A stretch of 63,991 bases of DNA, filler included, from Octopus bimaculoides (Eukaryota): NCBI RefSeq assembly GCF_001194135.2. It is 4 parts of 4 records of this genome, joined end to end, with 100 filler letters (N's around TTAATTAATTAA, not from the genome) between each part and the next. Parts side by side here need not be neighbours in the genome. Positions count along the whole stretch, not along the records: positions 56,817 to 63,991 come from NC_068998.1; 3 more parts are not named here. One strand, given 5' to 3'. Position numbers and translations under genes: made by a program. Positions 62,241 to 63,991 of this stretch are shown one piece after another (within the stretch, counting starts at the first letter, position 1; the number at the start of each line of letters is the position of its first letter). The notes beneath the pieces were generated by a model. The model was not told the DNA's origin and made no database searches. It worked only from the letters and a program-made list of their open reading frames with translations.

Positions 62241-63789
62241 AGGGCCTTGAGATGAGGAAAGAAGGCTTAATAAGTTAGAATCATACCATTTTGCAGTGTA
62301 AAGCTTGATGTTGGGGTATGTTTTTAGATAAATATTAACAAGCAATGTTTACGAAATCATAAGTAATATTCTTTTTCTAGACCTATTGGTGAATCCAGTT
62401 ATACTTAAGTACTAGTTTTATTTTCTTATTATTTATACACCCTGGTACCGCAAAAGAAAGATCAACCCACCAATTATTTTGCAAGTTTATTCATTTGCTC
62501 ATCGACTAACATAGGCTTTGTGATGCAGTAGAAGATACATGCTCAAGGTGCTGAGAAGTAGGATAGAACCCGAGACCACACCAAGACCAGTTGGGAAGCA
62601 AGCTTCTTAGCCACACTGCCACACCTGCACCTATAGAAAAGCACCAATTCCATATTGACACAGAAGGAGTCTCAGGTAGTGTCAATGTGTCCTTCCTCTT
62701 TTCAGGATGGTGGGCTAGGATAAAAAACAAAACAAAAATGAACAAGAACTATTTGAATCCTGCCCTACTGTCCTAAAAAAAAGCTAGTTAGAACACATTA
62801 GATAATGAGTTAGTGCTACATATAATAGACTAGAAAAAAGAAGACAGGATGATTATTATTAGAATGCCTTTCATAGTAGATCTGTAAAGTCAGGTCTGAC
62901 CTATAACAGTTAAATAACATCAATTTTCATATACTCTATATTGTTCCTCCCTCGCCTAACTCCCACCCACACCTCCTTTCACCTGAAGTCAAGAACAACA
63001 AGAAAAATATTCTCACTCTCTACAAATGATAAGCTGTCATGTGATAACCCCACCATTTCCTTTCCTTTACATCTATAGCATTGCCAAGACTACATTGTAA
63101 AGTCTGTACTCTGTATGGCCACAAAACAATTCTGCCCCAAACAGTCATTAATACTCTATAAGGGGCCTATGTGCACCTCACATAAGATTACCGATCACTA
63201 TCTTAAACATTACTGCAACTACACACACACACACGTGAACATTCTTGAGGGTATCTATAAAAGGCATCCCAAATTTTAAGTAATCTTTCACACTAAAACA
63301 CTATCATCCCATTCACGGAGGTTTGTTGCCATTTGCCTCTTCTATCACTGATGCATAAGCTTCTGCTTTTCTCATCTAATAAATCACATACTTACTATCT
63401 ATAGTAAAACAAGAGATCCCAAACCAGCATAAAACCTCTATGTGGACGCCTGACCTGCTAGAAATAGCAGCAAAACTTCTAAACTCAAAACTACACCTTA
63501 CCATCTTAAAAAATAGAACACAATGTACACAAGCAGTTCTGGATACATTATCTGAAAATAAGGCATGATCATAGATCATGATTGAACTGCTCCATTCATA
63601 AATCTGCTTAGATTAGAGCTGATCTCAGATCAACTCTGATCAAACAAATGATGTGATGTAATCACATCTTCTCAGGCCACCCCTGCCATGTCTCACTCCC
63701 TGCAGCTCATACCTAAACTACAACCCTCTCAACTCCCTTACTTTCAATCTTTTCTTTTCAAACATAAATTTGAAAAAGTTCCATCTTTT

Positions 63790-63896
63790 ATATGTATGTA
63801 TGCATGTATGTATGTATGCATGTATGTATGTATGCATGTATGTATGTATGCATGTATGTATGTATGCATGTATGTATGTATGCATGTATGTATGTA
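63790..63896. repeat. (ATGC ATGT ATGT ATGT)n higher-order tetranucleotide repeat
   Basis: Direct reading. Confidence 0.92.
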
Positions 63897-63991
63897 TTAG
63901 ATAAAGATAGTTATGGCCGATCTATGGGGTTACTTAGAGTGTGCTTCTCTTTTGGATTTATGATTTACTGATGATATATATATATATATAT

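Overview
Eukaryotic, microsatellite-saturated, gap-rich draft-assembly window. The SINE families, LINE types and (AT)n/(AC)n load look like an Octopus (cephalopod) genome; this is an inference from repeat character, not a database match. One protein-coding gene is firmly supported: a CCDC77 orthologue on the minus strand with six coding exons (19039 down to 7091). All five internal junctions are GT-AG and in frame, giving 409 aa plus stop. The N-terminal exons were not found and may lie in the scaffold join at 19453-19552. The rest is mostly decayed mobile DNA: several tRNA-derived SINE families, RTE and R4/Dong LINE fragments, Tc1/mariner, pogo, hAT and piggyBac-type remnants and MITEs, and a Helitron with both termini. 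No CRISPR array, rRNA or genuine tRNA gene is supported, and I cannot support a clearly new biological system. The best leads are a His/Cys-rich insertion in CCDC77, a frame-preserving exon bracketed by two cryptic motif arrays and an inverted LINE pair, a 150-bp hairpin, a perfect 64-bp inverted repeat, a candidate spliced minus-strand transcript with a signal-peptide-like ORF, orphan exon candidates and a decayed Penelope-type hammerhead motif. Three TTAATTAATTAA gap tokens and an exact 358-bp duplication are assembly artefacts.
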